Part shown: piece by piece, positions 17,224 through 26,621 of the stretch
How the letters are laid out: each line of letters opens with the position of its first letter
Position numbering within the stretch: position 1 is the stretch's first letter
Notes under the pieces: generated by a model
Seen by the model: the letters and a program-made list of their open reading frames with translations, nothing else
Database searches by the model: none
What the model was told of the DNA's origin: nothing
Sequence record: NC_019404.1
Origin: Escherichia phage vB_EcoS_ACG-M12
Strand: one strand, 5' to 3'
Length of the DNA: 46,054 nt
Made by a program: the position numbers and the translations under genes

Positions 17224-17721
17224 ATGAACTGGAATGATATTTTTGAGTATAGAGATGGGGTTCTTTATTGGAAGATTTCAACAAGCAACAAATCAAGAAA
17301 AAAGATTGGTGATGTTGCGGGTAATCAAATGAATGATGGATACATAATGGTTCAGGCATTTGGCAAAAGAATGCTTGCTCATAGGGTTGTTTGGGAAATG
17401 CATAATGGCAGAATAACTAATGGCATGCATATAGACCATTTAAACCACATAAGGAATGACAACAGGATAGAAAACCTAAGACTGGTGTCAAGAACAGAAA
17501 ACAACAGGAATAAATCACTGTCAAAAGTAAACAAAACAGGTGTTTCAGGAGTTAGATTAAAAGATGGGCTATTTGAGGTTTCGATAGGTGGAGAAAAAAA
17601 CAAGACTTACATAGGAAGGTTCTACACACTGGATGAGGCTAGAGCAGCAAGGAAATGCGCAGAATTTGAACTTAATTACCACAATAATCATGGGGATTGC
17701 AATGGCGATAGACACATTTAA
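17224..17721 (+). CDS. HNH homing endonuclease with AP2-like DNA-binding domain (165 aa)
   Basis: HRVVWEMHNG...IDHLNHIRNDNRIENLRL HNH motif; paralogue of gene 39194; inserted between the tape measure and the M-like gene. Confidence 0.75.
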   Translation: MNWNDIFEYRDGVLYWKISTSNKSRKKIGDVAGNQMNDGYIMVQAFGKRMLAHRVVWEMHNGRITNGMHIDHLNHIRNDNRIENLRLVSRTENNRNKSLSKVNKTGVSGVRLKDGLFEVSIGGEKNKTYIGRFYTLDEARAARKCAEFELNYHNNHGDCNGDRHI

Positions 17722-18052
17722 TTACTGCACTCAAATCCAAAATGGAGGCGGCTCGTTCTCTAACACGAACAACGTCAGAATTGTTAGCTTCGGCAATGGT
17801 TATCGGCAAATTGGAATCGGGGGGTATAACACAAACGTTAGAACATACTCAATGACCTATACAAACAAGAACTGGCGTGATGTGATGGACTTTTGCTTCA
17901 ACCACATCATTAACCCGTTCTTCTGGACTACTCCGCAGGGTGATACTTCAATGTTTGTGATTCAACAGGATAGTATTAGCGTGACACCAGTCAGCAAGGA
18001 AGTTCAAACTGTAAACATGCAATTCGTAGAAGTATTTAGCTCAATGCGTTAA
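17702..18052 (+). CDS. minor tail protein, lambda M-like (116 aa)
   Basis: VRIVSFGNGYRQ...TYSMTY...FFWTTPQG resembles the lambda M family as recalled from memory; start at the ATG overlapping the HNH 3' end. Confidence 0.6.
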   Translation: MAIDTFNYCTQIQNGGGSFSNTNNVRIVSFGNGYRQIGIGGYNTNVRTYSMTYTNKNWRDVMDFCFNHIINPFFWTTPQGDTSMFVIQQDSISVTPVSKEVQTVNMQFVEVFSSMR

Positions 18053-18057
18053 ACTAA

Positions 18058-18077
18058 TCCCCTGACGGGTTTTTTTA
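18058..18077 (+). terminator. weak hairpin plus T7 run
   Basis: CCC-tgac-GGG followed by TTTTTTT. Confidence 0.35.
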
Positions 18078-18089
18078 TTGGAGAACTAT

Positions 18090-18845
18090 ATGTTAAGTCC
18101 AAAGTTTGAGAATCAGTTGCAAAGCCTTTTCCCAGGCGAGATTGTGACACTAATTCAGGTTGACGGGACCTCATTCGGAAGTCTCGTTTACAACTTCCAT
18201 AATGAGAACATATCTTACACACCTGAAGAAATCATGCTGGCCCAAATGAATGGCGATCCACTACCAGAGAAAACCATCACCTTCCGCGGCGAAGAGTATG
18301 GCCCAAGACCATTTGGTATCTCTGGTATCAATATGACTTCTGACGGCAAGGCTAACAAGGTCACGTTAACGGTATCAAACGTGGACCAGCGCATTAGCGC
18401 ATTGATTCGCACATATAACGGACTTGTTAAGGCAAAGGTTACTATCTGGATCACCACGCGCGATAACATCAATGAAGACGGAAGCATTGCTGACGGGGAC
18501 TATCGCAGATTTGTTTACTTCATTGAGCGACCAAAGCAAGTTGATTACAAAACCGCATCATTTGAGCTAAGCAGCCCGATGGATATGGACGGAATTTATA
18601 TTCCTGCACGTCTTGTTCAGTCCGTTTGCTATTGGTCGTCAAGGGGGTGGTATCGTAGCGGTAATGGTTGCGACTATGCTGGCAATCGTTATTTTGACAA
18701 GGATGACAATCCAGTGTCAGACCCTTCACTTGACTTCTGCGCCGGAACGGTAAATAGCTGTAAGATTAGGTTTGGTGAGAATAATCAGCTTTCATTTGGT
18801 GGGTGCGCAGCAGCGAGCCTTCAAGCTAAAGCTAATCAGAGTTAA
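18090..18845 (+). CDS. minor tail protein, lambda L-like (251 aa)
   Basis: C-terminal four-Cys cluster (CYWSS...C...C...C) as in the L family; position after the M-like gene. Confidence 0.6.
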   Translation: MLSPKFENQLQSLFPGEIVTLIQVDGTSFGSLVYNFHNENISYTPEEIMLAQMNGDPLPEKTITFRGEEYGPRPFGISGINMTSDGKANKVTLTVSNVDQRISALIRTYNGLVKAKVTIWITTRDNINEDGSIADGDYRRFVYFIERPKQVDYKTASFELSSPMDMDGIYIPARLVQSVCYWSSRGWYRSGNGCDYAGNRYFDKDDNPVSDPSLDFCAGTVNSCKIRFGENNQLSFGGCAAASLQAKANQS

Positions 18846-18911
18846 ATAGCACGAATTGCTAAAGACGATTTAAAAAGATGGGGTATAGTTACCCAATCGA
18901 AACGAGAGGAG
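18845..18911 (+). promoter_or_regulatory. conserved intergenic cassette (AATAGCACGAATTGCTAAA ... GGTATAGTTACC ... CAATCGAAACGAGAGGAG)
   Basis: Box at 18845-18863, TATAGTTAC at 18884-18892. Confidence 0.55.
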
Positions 18912-19274
18912 ATGAAAAAAATGTTCCAAATTAAATTTAACGGATACAAAAAAGACAAAGAAGAGTGCGCTGGTTTGTTTTTTGTTGGCCACAATTACCC
19001 CTGCAGTGTTGTTGACTCAAACAGATACTATCAGACGCAGGATGAGAATGGCAATATTGTAAAGTTTAAAAGTATTTTTCGTGATGCTTGTTACGACTTT
19101 TCAAGAATTGATACTCAGAGCAAGGTATTAGACGAGCATGATAACAAGATGAAATATCGAATGAATGGTGTTGATGTCACTAAGTCATTCTTTGATGATA
19201 AGCTACTGGAAGTTGAGATGCTTAAATCAAGAGATGTTTCAGTATTTATAGATTTTGAGGTTTATTTTGAATAA
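18912..19274 (+). CDS. hypothetical moron-like protein (120 aa) between the L-like and K-like genes
   Basis: Own cassette and terminator-like hairpin; N-terminus FNGYKKDKEE resembles gene 6039. Confidence 0.5.
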   Translation: MKKMFQIKFNGYKKDKEECAGLFFVGHNYPCSVVDSNRYYQTQDENGNIVKFKSIFRDACYDFSRIDTQSKVLDEHDNKMKYRMNGVDVTKSFFDDKLLEVEMLKSRDVSVFIDFEVYFE

Positions 19275-19332
19275 ACAAAATTAGTGTTAAACTAGGTCAA
19301 TCGAAAGGTTGGCCTTTTTTATTGGAGATAAA

Positions 19333-20091
19333 ATGTTAACACCAAAGGTTAAGCTGGAAATCTTCCAGCACGCAAAAGAAATTTACCCGCATGAGTGCTG
19401 CGGAGTTGTAACGCAGAAGGGTCGGGCGCAGAAATATCACAGAATCACTAACGCCAGCAAAGACCCCGAGAACGAGTTCATTCTTGATTCAAACGAGTAT
19501 GCAGATGTTCTCTTTGAATTGGCTCACAATGAATCTATTGTTTACGTAGTTCACTCTCACACAGGCGACGGAGCAACAACAAGGCCAAGTCCTGCGGATA
19601 TTTGTAGCTGCAATGAGTGCGAGATTCCGTATGTTATCGTAAGTATCCCAGAGGGAGATATGCGGATTCTTGAGCCGTCAACCATGCCTCTGATTGGTCG
19701 CCCGTGGGGGCTTGGTAGCTTTGATTGCTGGGAGATGGTTATGTCGTTTCACAAGAAATACGGAGTAAAACTGAATGACTACCGCGTTAATTACCCGTGG
19801 TGGGAGAAACGGTACAATGAAAATATCTATGACGACAACTGGGTTGAGGAAGGATTTGAGCTGGTGAAAACTTCAGATATTCCCATTGGCTCAATGATTA
19901 TGATGCAAGTGCAAAGCGAGGTGACAAACCACGCCGGAATCTATATTGGCAATAACAGATTCATCCACCATCTATATGGTAAAATGAGTTCAGTAGATAT
20001 CTATTCCGATTACTGGCGCGAGCGCACGGTGCGAATTGTTCGCCATAAGGATTTACCAGAGGATGTAATTTATGACCCAGAAACTGATTGA
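19333..20091 (+). CDS. tail tip assembly protein, lambda K-like (MPN/JAB plus NlpC/P60-like, 252 aa)
   Basis: HPHECCG...VVHSHTGDG JAB-type metal motif; C-terminal Cys/His peptidase-like region; start at the ATG after GGAG. Confidence 0.65.
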   Translation: MLTPKVKLEIFQHAKEIYPHECCGVVTQKGRAQKYHRITNASKDPENEFILDSNEYADVLFELAHNESIVYVVHSHTGDGATTRPSPADICSCNECEIPYVIVSIPEGDMRILEPSTMPLIGRPWGLGSFDCWEMVMSFHKKYGVKLNDYRVNYPWWEKRYNENIYDDNWVEEGFELVKTSDIPIGSMIMMQVQSEVTNHAGIYIGNNRFIHHLYGKMSSVDIYSDYWRERTVRIVRHKDLPEDVIYDPETD

Positions 20092-20644
20092 TATTAAGTT
20101 AGGCCTGTCACTAGGTCGTAAGTTTGGAAAGATTCACCAGATGGCAGTGAATAGCGTGCCTGAAGCAATGCGAGCGCTTTGCTCTCAGATCCCTGCTTTC
20201 AAAGAGTTCATGAATAGCCATATAGGGCAAAACGCAAGGTACGCAGTATTTGTAGATGGTAAAAATGTGAACGAGCATCGAATCTCTGATTTTAGTGCCG
20301 TTCAGGAGATACGCATCTTGCCAATCCCGCAAGGCCGAAAGTCAGGCGGTTTGTTTCAAACAATTTTGGGTGCCGCGCTTATCACGGTAGGTATCTTCAC
20401 TGGTCAGATTTATCTTGTCGGCGCTGGCGTTTCCCTAGCTGCTGGTGGTATTGCTCAGCTGTTATCACCGCAAGCAACTGGATTGAAGACTCAGAACAAC
20501 CAAACAAGCAACCGTGCATCATACGCATTCGGATCCGCTGTAAACACAGTGGCCGCTGGATATCCAGTCTGCCTACCATATGGCTATCGAACGGTTGGCG
20601 GCTCGGTGTTTAGTGCTGGCAGCTACGCCGAAGACAATGCTTAA
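20072..20644 (+). CDS. tail assembly protein, lambda I-like (190 aa)
   Basis: Overlaps the K-like 3' end; hydrophobic Gly-rich middle segment; position before the J-like gene. Confidence 0.55.
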   Translation: MTQKLIDIKLGLSLGRKFGKIHQMAVNSVPEAMRALCSQIPAFKEFMNSHIGQNARYAVFVDGKNVNEHRISDFSAVQEIRILPIPQGRKSGGLFQTILGAALITVGIFTGQIYLVGAGVSLAAGGIAQLLSPQATGLKTQNNQTSNRASYAFGSAVNTVAAGYPVCLPYGYRTVGGSVFSAGSYAEDNA

Positions 20645-20651
20645 ATATCAT

Positions 20652-20675
20652 ACCCGCCTAGTGCGGGTTTTTTAT
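20652..20675 (+). terminator. terminator-like hairpin
   Basis: CCCGC-ctagt-GCGGG plus T6. Confidence 0.5.
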
Positions 20676-20724
20676 TTAGTGTAGAATGGCACAAATGATC
20701 AAAACAAACATGAGGCTTTGTGAT

Positions 20725-23700
20725 ATGGCTGAAGAGATTAAGATTTATGGTGCTAAGGGTGGTAGCCAGAAGCAGCACCAACCAGTGGAACAAGAAGACA
20801 ACCTGATTTCATTAAACAAGGTTAAGGTATTACTTGCGGTTGCTGACGGCGAGGTGGATCCAAACTTCTCAATGAAGGATTTATACCTTGCTGACGTTCC
20901 GGTGCAAAACCAGGATGGCAGCTACAACTACGAGGGTGTTCGCGCTGAGTTCCGTGCTGGTACGCAGTATCAGGACTATATCGCTGGCCTTGATGGTGCT
21001 AACTCAGAGATTCAGGCTTCCAGGGAAATCACAAACGACACCCCGTACATCATTGCGGTTAACAATAACCAGCTATCGGCAATTAGAGTCAAACTTTTTT
21101 GGCCTCGGTTGGTTAAGCAAGAAAGTAACGGGGACCTGAACGGAACAACCTGCGAGTATGCGATTGACCTTTCCGTTAATGGTGGAGCATATCAGGAATA
21201 CACTCGCGGAGTTGCTAACGGGAAGACCACTACAGGTTACGACCGCAGCATTCGCGTGAACCTTCCTGCAGAGTTTGATAGCGCATTGGTTCGCATCCGT
21301 AAGATTACAGCAGATTCAACAAGTAGCACGCTGGTTAACGGAATGCAGATTACAACCTATCAGGAAGTAATCGACGCTAAATTCCGCTATCCGCTTACGG
21401 CACTTGTTTATGTTGAGTTCGGCTCTGACTTGTTCCCTAACGGCATCCCGACAATCTCAATCAAGAAGCGATGGAAGTTAATTCAGGTCCCAACGAACTA
21501 TGATCCTGAGACTAGAACCTACAGCGGCACGTGGAATGGACTGTTCAAGATGGCATGTTCAAACAACCCGGCGTGGGTTCTCTATGACTTAGTGACAAAC
21601 CGCCGATATGGTCTTGATCAGCGAGAGCTTGGTGTAGGGATTGATAAATGGGGACTGTATGAAGCTGCGCAATTCTGCGACCAGATGGTGCCGGATGGTA
21701 AGGGTGGAATGGAACCGCGATATCTATGCGACATGGTTGTACAGAACAAGGTTGAGGCCTACACACTAATTCGTGACATTTGCTCAATCTTTCGTGGACT
21801 GACTTTCTATGATGGCGAAAAGATTGGTATCGTGGTTGATAAGCCTCGCAATCCATCTTACATCTTCACTAATGATAACGTTGTAAACGGATTATTCAGC
21901 CGCACTTTTGCCAGCGATAAAAGCCTTTACACTACGGCAAACGTTCAGTTTGATGATGTGGAGAACAACTATCAGCAGGATGTTGAGCCAGTATTTGAGC
22001 TCGAGGCTACTCGCCGATTTGGTTTTAACCCGGTCGACCTAACGGCAATTGGATGTACGCGAAGAAGTGAAGCAAACAGACGCGGAAGATGGCTACTGAA
22101 AACCAACCTGAGAAGCGAAACTATCAGCTTCACTACCGGGTTGGAAGGCATGATTCCGATGATTGGTGAGGTTATTGCGGTTAATGACGCTGCATGGTCG
22201 AGCAACTACCAGTTAAACCTTTCCGGTCGTATTGAATCAGTTCAGGGATTGCAGGTTTTCACCCCGTTCAAAGTTGACGCGGCACCGGGTGACAGAATTC
22301 TTCTGAACAAGCCTGACGGAAGCCCGGAAGCAAGAACTATCGCCAGCGTTTCGGAAGATGGTAGAACTATCAACCTGAATACTGCTTTTAGTTTTGTAGC
22401 TCAGCCTGACACTGTATTCGCAATCGATAAGGATAATCTGGCGCTTCAGCAGTATGTTGTGACCGGGATTCAAAAAGCAGATTCTGATGGTTCGGATTCA
22501 TTCCAGTATACGATTACCGCGGTGGAGTATGACCCGAACAAGTATGACGAGATTGACTACGGCGTTAACATTGTTGACCGTCCAACTTCAATTGTGGAAC
22601 CTGACAGATTATCGCCACCAGAAAACCTGACCGTGTCAAGTTATAGTAAGGTTGTTCAGGGCTTGTCGGTTGAGACGATGGTTATCGGATGGGATAAGGC
22701 TCCATACGCTAAAACCTACAATGTTCAATGGAGGAAAGAAAATGGTAACTGGATTAACGTACCCAGAACAGCAAGTACAGATGTTGATATCGAAGGTATT
22801 TACGCAGGAATCTATGACGTTAGGGTTCGCAGCGTATCAGATACTGAAAACGTGTCTGCCTGGTCTGACATTGTAACTGTATCACTAACTGGCAAGATTG
22901 GACGTCCTTCGGCACCTACGGTTATCACGGCGTCAACTGATGAGGTATTTGGCATCCGTGTTAAATGGGGATTCCCTGATAGCTCTGGTGATACTGCTTA
23001 CACTGAGCTTCAGCAGGTTCCTGATAATGGCGATGGTACTTACAATCCTGATAACGCAAGCTTGCTGACGTTGCTGCCTTATCCAGCCTATGAATACTGG
23101 CATACGCCTATTCAGCCAGGTAAGGTTATCTGGTATCGCGCAAGATTGATTGACAGGATCGGAAACACCTCTGATTGGTCTGATTTCGCTAGAGGCATGA
23201 GTACTGACGACGCCAACATTATCAATGATTACATCAAGGTTGATATAGAGGGTTCGGAAGGATTCAAATACCTCGAGCAGAATGCGATTCAAAAGAATCA
23301 TGACATTCAGAATCAGGCAGAGTCAATTCTTGAGAATGCATTAGCTAATGATGCCGATGTTCGCCGGATGACCAAGGAGAACGGCAAACGTAAGGCTGAA
23401 TATGTTCAGACGGTGAATCTCATAGCCGATGAAACTCAGGCACGCGTAGAGGCTCTCACCGCACTTAAAGCGCAGATAGATGATGAAGTTGTAGCATCGA
23501 TTACGAAAGTTCAGACAGCGCTAGCTACCGAGACAGAAGCAAGGACCACCGCAGACACGGCTCTATCAGCAAGACTCGGTGATAACGAGGCGGCGATAAA
23601 CCAGAAATTAGACGCATTTTCCAATGCCACCTCAACTGGCGTGCAGTACGGAATTAGTCTTGGCCTGAAATACAATGGTCAGACTTATTCATCCGGCATG

Positions 23701-24111
23701 AGCATGGAGCTCGTTGGCACTGGTGATAACGTTCGTAGTCAATTCATTTTTGACGCAAACAGGTTTGCGATCAGTAACGGCATCGGTTCTGGCTCCGGTC
23801 AGTGGCAACTACCCTTCGTTGTCGAGAACGGAAACGTAATAATCCAGAGCGCAGTAATCGGAGATGGCTCAATCACTAACGCGAAGATTGGCAATAGGAT
23901 CCAATCTAATAACTACGTTGCTGGATCTCAAGGTTGGGCGATTGATAAGTCAGGAAGTGCAGAGCTAAGTAACGCCACTGTAAGGGGTAATCTTTACGCT
24001 AACAATGGCAACTTCGCATTTAACGGAACCAATAACACGGTTCAGATTAACAATAACGGAATCACTGTAAACTTACCTAACGGAGGAAGAGTGGTAGTTG
24101 GAGTGTGGTAA
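20725..24111 (+). CDS. central tail fibre/host specificity protein, lambda J-like (about 1128 aa)
   Basis: Size, position after the I-like gene, fibronectin-like middle and Gly/Asn-rich C-terminus; start at the ATG after GAGG (alternative ATG at 20686). Confidence 0.75.
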   Translation: MAEEIKIYGAKGGSQKQHQPVEQEDNLISLNKVKVLLAVADGEVDPNFSMKDLYLADVPVQNQDGSYNYEGVRAEFRAGTQYQDYIAGLDGANSEIQASREITNDTPYIIAVNNNQLSAIRVKLFWPRLVKQESNGDLNGTTCEYAIDLSVNGGAYQEYTRGVANGKTTTGYDRSIRVNLPAEFDSALVRIRKITADSTSSTLVNGMQITTYQEVIDAKFRYPLTALVYVEFGSDLFPNGIPTISIKKRWKLIQVPTNYDPETRTYSGTWNGLFKMACSNNPAWVLYDLVTNRRYGLDQRELGVGIDKWGLYEAAQFCDQMVPDGKGGMEPRYLCDMVVQNKVEAYTLIRDICSIFRGLTFYDGEKIGIVVDKPRNPSYIFTNDNVVNGLFSRTFASDKSLYTTANVQFDDVENNYQQDVEPVFELEATRRFGFNPVDLTAIGCTRRSEANRRGRWLLKTNLRSETISFTTGLEGMIPMIGEVIAVNDAAWSSNYQLNLSGRIESVQGLQVFTPFKVDAAPGDRILLNKPDGSPEARTIASVSEDGRTINLNTAFSFVAQPDTVFAIDKDNLALQQYVVTGIQKADSDGSDSFQYTITAVEYDPNKYDEIDYGVNIVDRPTSIVEPDRLSPPENLTVSSYSKVVQGLSVETMVIGWDKAPYAKTYNVQWRKENGNWINVPRTASTDVDIEGIYAGIYDVRVRSVSDTENVSAWSDIVTVSLTGKIGRPSAPTVITASTDEVFGIRVKWGFPDSSGDTAYTELQQVPDNGDGTYNPDNASLLTLLPYPAYEYWHTPIQPGKVIWYRARLIDRIGNTSDWSDFARGMSTDDANIINDYIKVDIEGSEGFKYLEQNAIQKNHDIQNQAESILENALANDADVRRMTKENGKRKAEYVQTVNLIADETQARVEALTALKAQIDDEVVASITKVQTALATETEARTTADTALSARLGDNEAAINQKLDAFSNATSTGVQYGISLGLKYNGQTYSSGMSMELVGTGDNVRSQFIFDANRFAISNGIGSGSGQWQLPFVVENGNVIIQSAVIGDGSITNAKIGNRIQSNNYVAGSQGWAIDKSGSAELSNATVRGNLYANNGNFAFNGTNNTVQINNNGITVNLPNGGRVVVGVW

Positions 24112-24114
24112 TAA

Positions 24115-24144
24115 ATAAAGCCCCTTAATTGGGGCTTTTCTTTT
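24115..24144. terminator. bidirectional terminator between convergent genes
   Basis: AGCCCC-ttaatt-GGGGCT flanked by an A-run and a T-run. Confidence 0.65.
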
Positions 24145-25105
24145 AGTAGAAGCTTGGAATAAATGGAAGTGCCATTGATATATTTGTGTCGAAAGGGAAC
24201 TGAGCGCCAGTCTGAGTTGAATAGTTACCTATTACAGAGCCAGGAACAGCCCTAACAGAGCCTCCAGACATGCAAACGCCCTTGTATCGCAAGTTGTTAT
24301 ATCCTCCAGTAACTCTAGTCGTAGCGCCACATCTAAGAATAGGGAAGAATCCACCATTTATTGACTGATATCCATTGCTTATTTGTATAAATCCACTAAG
24401 TACGAATGGTCGCCTAACGCTTGAAAAAACAATCTGACCAGAGCTATTTGACATTGTTAGTCCTGGTCCGGCTGGTGGGGGTTCATTTCTGAATATCACC
24501 AGCTGAACATAAGTACTTGCCGAAACATCATCTGTACCTCCGTAGGTTATATCCCTGCACCATATTGTTGATCCATCTGATTCAAGTGATACGTTTGGAT
24601 TATCCCACTTGCCGAATGGTATGCCGCTAACTGGTAGCGATGCCGCCCCGTTAACCTGTATGCCTCCAACCCATGCTGCTGACATTAGTCTCGAGTTGCT
24701 TGATATAGCAAGGAAATCAGTTGAGTTCTCAACGAGTATCCCTGGGCTTGATGAAGGTGATGCTGGTAGAATTTCAAAACAATTACCCGCAAAGTCAATT
24801 ATTCGACCATTGGCACCATTGAAGTTACTAAGTGTTATCCTGCCAACTCCGTCATTAACCTTTTGGAATCCGTTCATGTAATAAACTTCAGGTATAACAT
24901 CGTAAGCATCAACGTGGACTGCCTTCGTTGGTAGGCAGAAAGCCGTAGAGCCAGGAGACATTGTCAATCCAAAATCCCACGAACTTGCTGGGGTTGAAAG
25001 TCCATTGGTATTTATTGATCCAGTCACAGCAGGTGCCCTTAATCCTGCCGTTATTTCCATCGCTGGTCTTCCGTCATTGAGGTCAATCAATATACCCTGC
25101 GGCAT
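24143..25105 (-). CDS. beta-rich Gly/Ser/Asn-rich protein (320 aa), possibly receptor-binding or tail-associated
   Basis: Composition only; last gene of the minus operon; start at the ATG after AAGGAG. Confidence 0.35.
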   Translation of the reverse strand: MPQGILIDLNDGRPAMEITAGLRAPAVTGSINTNGLSTPASSWDFGLTMSPGSTAFCLPTKAVHVDAYDVIPEVYYMNGFQKVNDGVGRITLSNFNGANGRIIDFAGNCFEILPASPSSSPGILVENSTDFLAISSNSRLMSAAWVGGIQVNGAASLPVSGIPFGKWDNPNVSLESDGSTIWCRDITYGGTDDVSASTYVQLVIFRNEPPPAGPGLTMSNSSGQIVFSSVRRPFVLSGFIQISNGYQSINGGFFPILRCGATTRVTGGYNNLRYKGVCMSGGSVRAVPGSVIGNYSTQTGAQFPFDTNISMALPFIPSFY

Positions 25106-25356
25106 TATTTCCACTCCTTGCTGCCATGATCTGCAATAGAGCCACCGTAACCGCCGCCAGCCTTGCTTTCAATTCCGGCGTAGCGAACATCAACCTCACC
25201 AGCCGGAACAACTACGCCACCTTTCCATTTAGCTACGCACACACCATTTGCTTGTGTTGCACACCAACCATCCGGGCGAGGACCAGATGAGCAACCTACC
25301 ATCATGATTGCTGCTGCGGCGATGATTGAAAGTTTGATTAATTTAGTCATTTTCAT
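25105..25356 (-). CDS. lipoprotein (83 aa), Cor-like superinfection-exclusion candidate
   Basis: Signal peptide with lipobox MMVGC|SS; small size; located next to the tail fibre genes as cor is in T1/phi80-type phages (from memory). Confidence 0.45.
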   Translation of the reverse strand: MKMTKLIKLSIIAAAAIMMVGCSSGPRPDGWCATQANGVCVAKWKGGVVVPAGEVDVRYAGIESKAGGGYGGSIADHGSKEWK

Positions 25357-25436
25357 GTTCCTTAGAATGTGTGTTTCGTTTTGATGGAGTAATCATATCT
25401 TAACTGTTAGGTTTGTCTTTAGCTATTCGTGCTATT
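25357..25436 (-). promoter_or_regulatory. conserved intergenic cassette, minus orientation
   Basis: Reverse complement reads AATAGCACGAATAGCTAAA ... leader CCATCAAAACGAAAC before the lipoprotein gene. Confidence 0.45.
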
Positions 25437-25679
25437 CAACCATCTGTTATATTTATCCCTCTCCTTGATTGCCTTTTCAAGTGACTTGAATCTTAAAAGT
25501 AGCGGCATACAGTCAACACCCATAATTAAGGATTCGTCGCAGCTATTTGCGCCAGTCAGCCAAAGAGAGAAGTATTGTTGATCGAGGCCGTAGTTCCTGT
25601 CTTTATTGACCCTAACGCTAACAACTTTAAATTTTAAACCAGCCAACTTAACCTTATCTATAAATTCTGACTTATTCAT
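25419..25679 (-). CDS. hypothetical protein (86 aa) ending ...NSTNS
   Basis: ATG 8 nt after AAGGAG; C-terminus encoded by the dyad box. Confidence 0.45.
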   Translation of the reverse strand: MNKSEFIDKVKLAGLKFKVVSVRVNKDRNYGLDQQYFSLWLTGANSCDESLIMGVDCMPLLLRFKSLEKAIKERDKYNRWLNSTNS

Positions 25680-25753
25680 CTTGTTGCTCCTTTTTAGTTT
25701 ACCTGGAAATGGTACATCACCCATGAGATTTGTCTTTAGCAATTAGTGCTATT
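25680..25753 (-). promoter_or_regulatory. conserved intergenic cassette, minus orientation
   Basis: Reverse complement of 25735-25753 reads AATAGCACTAATTGCTAAA; precedes gene 25419..25679. Confidence 0.45.
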
Positions 25754-26050
25754 GGTTACGCGTAACCGATGTAACTCGATGTATACCATATCCATCCGCG
25801 GGAAATCAGTTACGCCATATTGCGCACAGTTACGCTTTAGTTACACTAAAATATCTATATATATAAAGGGTTTAGATAATTATTATTATTATCTATATAT
25901 ATAGTGTAACTGCTGCAACTCATAATATTGGTATGTTGCGTTTGTTTTTCTATATGATGATTATCTTTGTTATCTGGCGTGGCTAAATGGATGTAGGGTG
26001 TGGTGCACCACATAAAAGATACCGTTACATTGGTTACATGTGAGTTACAT
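25754..26050. repeat. GTTAC/GTAAC iteron cluster with 14-bp perfect palindrome GGTTACGCGTAACC (25754-25767) and (TTA)n run (about 25878-25891)
   Basis: Direct repeats CAGTTACGC at 25808 and 25827; further GTTAC copies at 25839, 25906, 26023, 26033, 26045; divergent intergenic region. Confidence 0.6.
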
Positions 26051-26177
26051 TGAGGATTTATGCGGTCTGCGGTGGCTAAAAACGTAACAAAGGAGAGCCT
26101 ATACATGAAATTACGTCATTTGACGCGTAATCATAATTTATTAATCGGTGATATCTATTGGACTGCGCTGCCACCCT

Positions 26178-26225
26178 CTCATATGATCAACCCATCGAAA
26201 GCAAACAACCATAGAGAGACGCAAA
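26178..26225 (+). promoter_or_regulatory. -10-like box plus CCATCGAAAGC leader upstream of gene 26226
   Basis: CTCATATGATCAACCCATCGAAAGC resembles the cassette leader; no dyad box. Confidence 0.3.
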
Positions 26226-26420
26226 ATGGCTTACTTCATCATTAAAGAGAAAAACAACGCACTATTCGGCGACTGCTACTTCGGAGGTGAGGCAGGTTAC
26301 ACTACAGATAAGAATGAGGCAGACCGATTTGAAACGAAGGAAGATGCCAAATCTGTCCTGACCGGATACTTCACAGAAGAAGATTTTAAATTGGTTAAGA
26401 TTGTTAAGGTTAAGGAGTGA
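26226..26420 (+). CDS. hypothetical protein (64 aa)
   Basis: ATG after AGAGAGA; first gene of the recombination operon. Confidence 0.45.
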   Translation: MAYFIIKEKNNALFGDCYFGGEAGYTTDKNEADRFETKEDAKSVLTGYFTEEDFKLVKIVKVKE

Positions 26421-26423
26421 ATC

Positions 26424-26621
26424 ATGAAGGCTTTTATAGACATAAATAAGTCACCATACAACGACGAACCGGATCCTGAGGTAAGAATAAGGATAAAATT
26501 TAAAACTGGAAGAGAGATAAACATAACAACAACATGCTCTGGTATATCAAAAGCGATAATGGGATGCAGTGAAATCCCTGTAGATGTATCACTTAGAAAT
26601 GTAGAGGTTAAAATAAAATGA
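26424..26621 (+). CDS. hypothetical protein (65 aa)
   Basis: SD AAGGAG; overlap-coupled to the exonuclease gene. Confidence 0.45.
   Translation: MKAFIDINKSPYNDEPDPEVRIRIKFKTGREINITTTCSGISKAIMGCSEIPVDVSLRNVEVKIK

Noticed and set aside
17633-17701. Upstream start at 17633 for the M-like tail gene
   Set aside because: It would overlap the HNH gene by about 90 nt in another frame; the ATG at 17702 follows a G-rich Shine-Dalgarno-like sequence and matches the expected protein size
20888-23301. Internal and antisense ORFs within the J-like gene (20888..21139, 21545..21856, 22933..23301 and others)
   Set aside because: Embedded in a long, well-supported gene; no translation signals
26060-26245. 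ORF 26060..26245
   Set aside because: Lies in the regulatory/leader region of the recombination operon, has no Shine-Dalgarno sequence and overlaps the start of gene 26226
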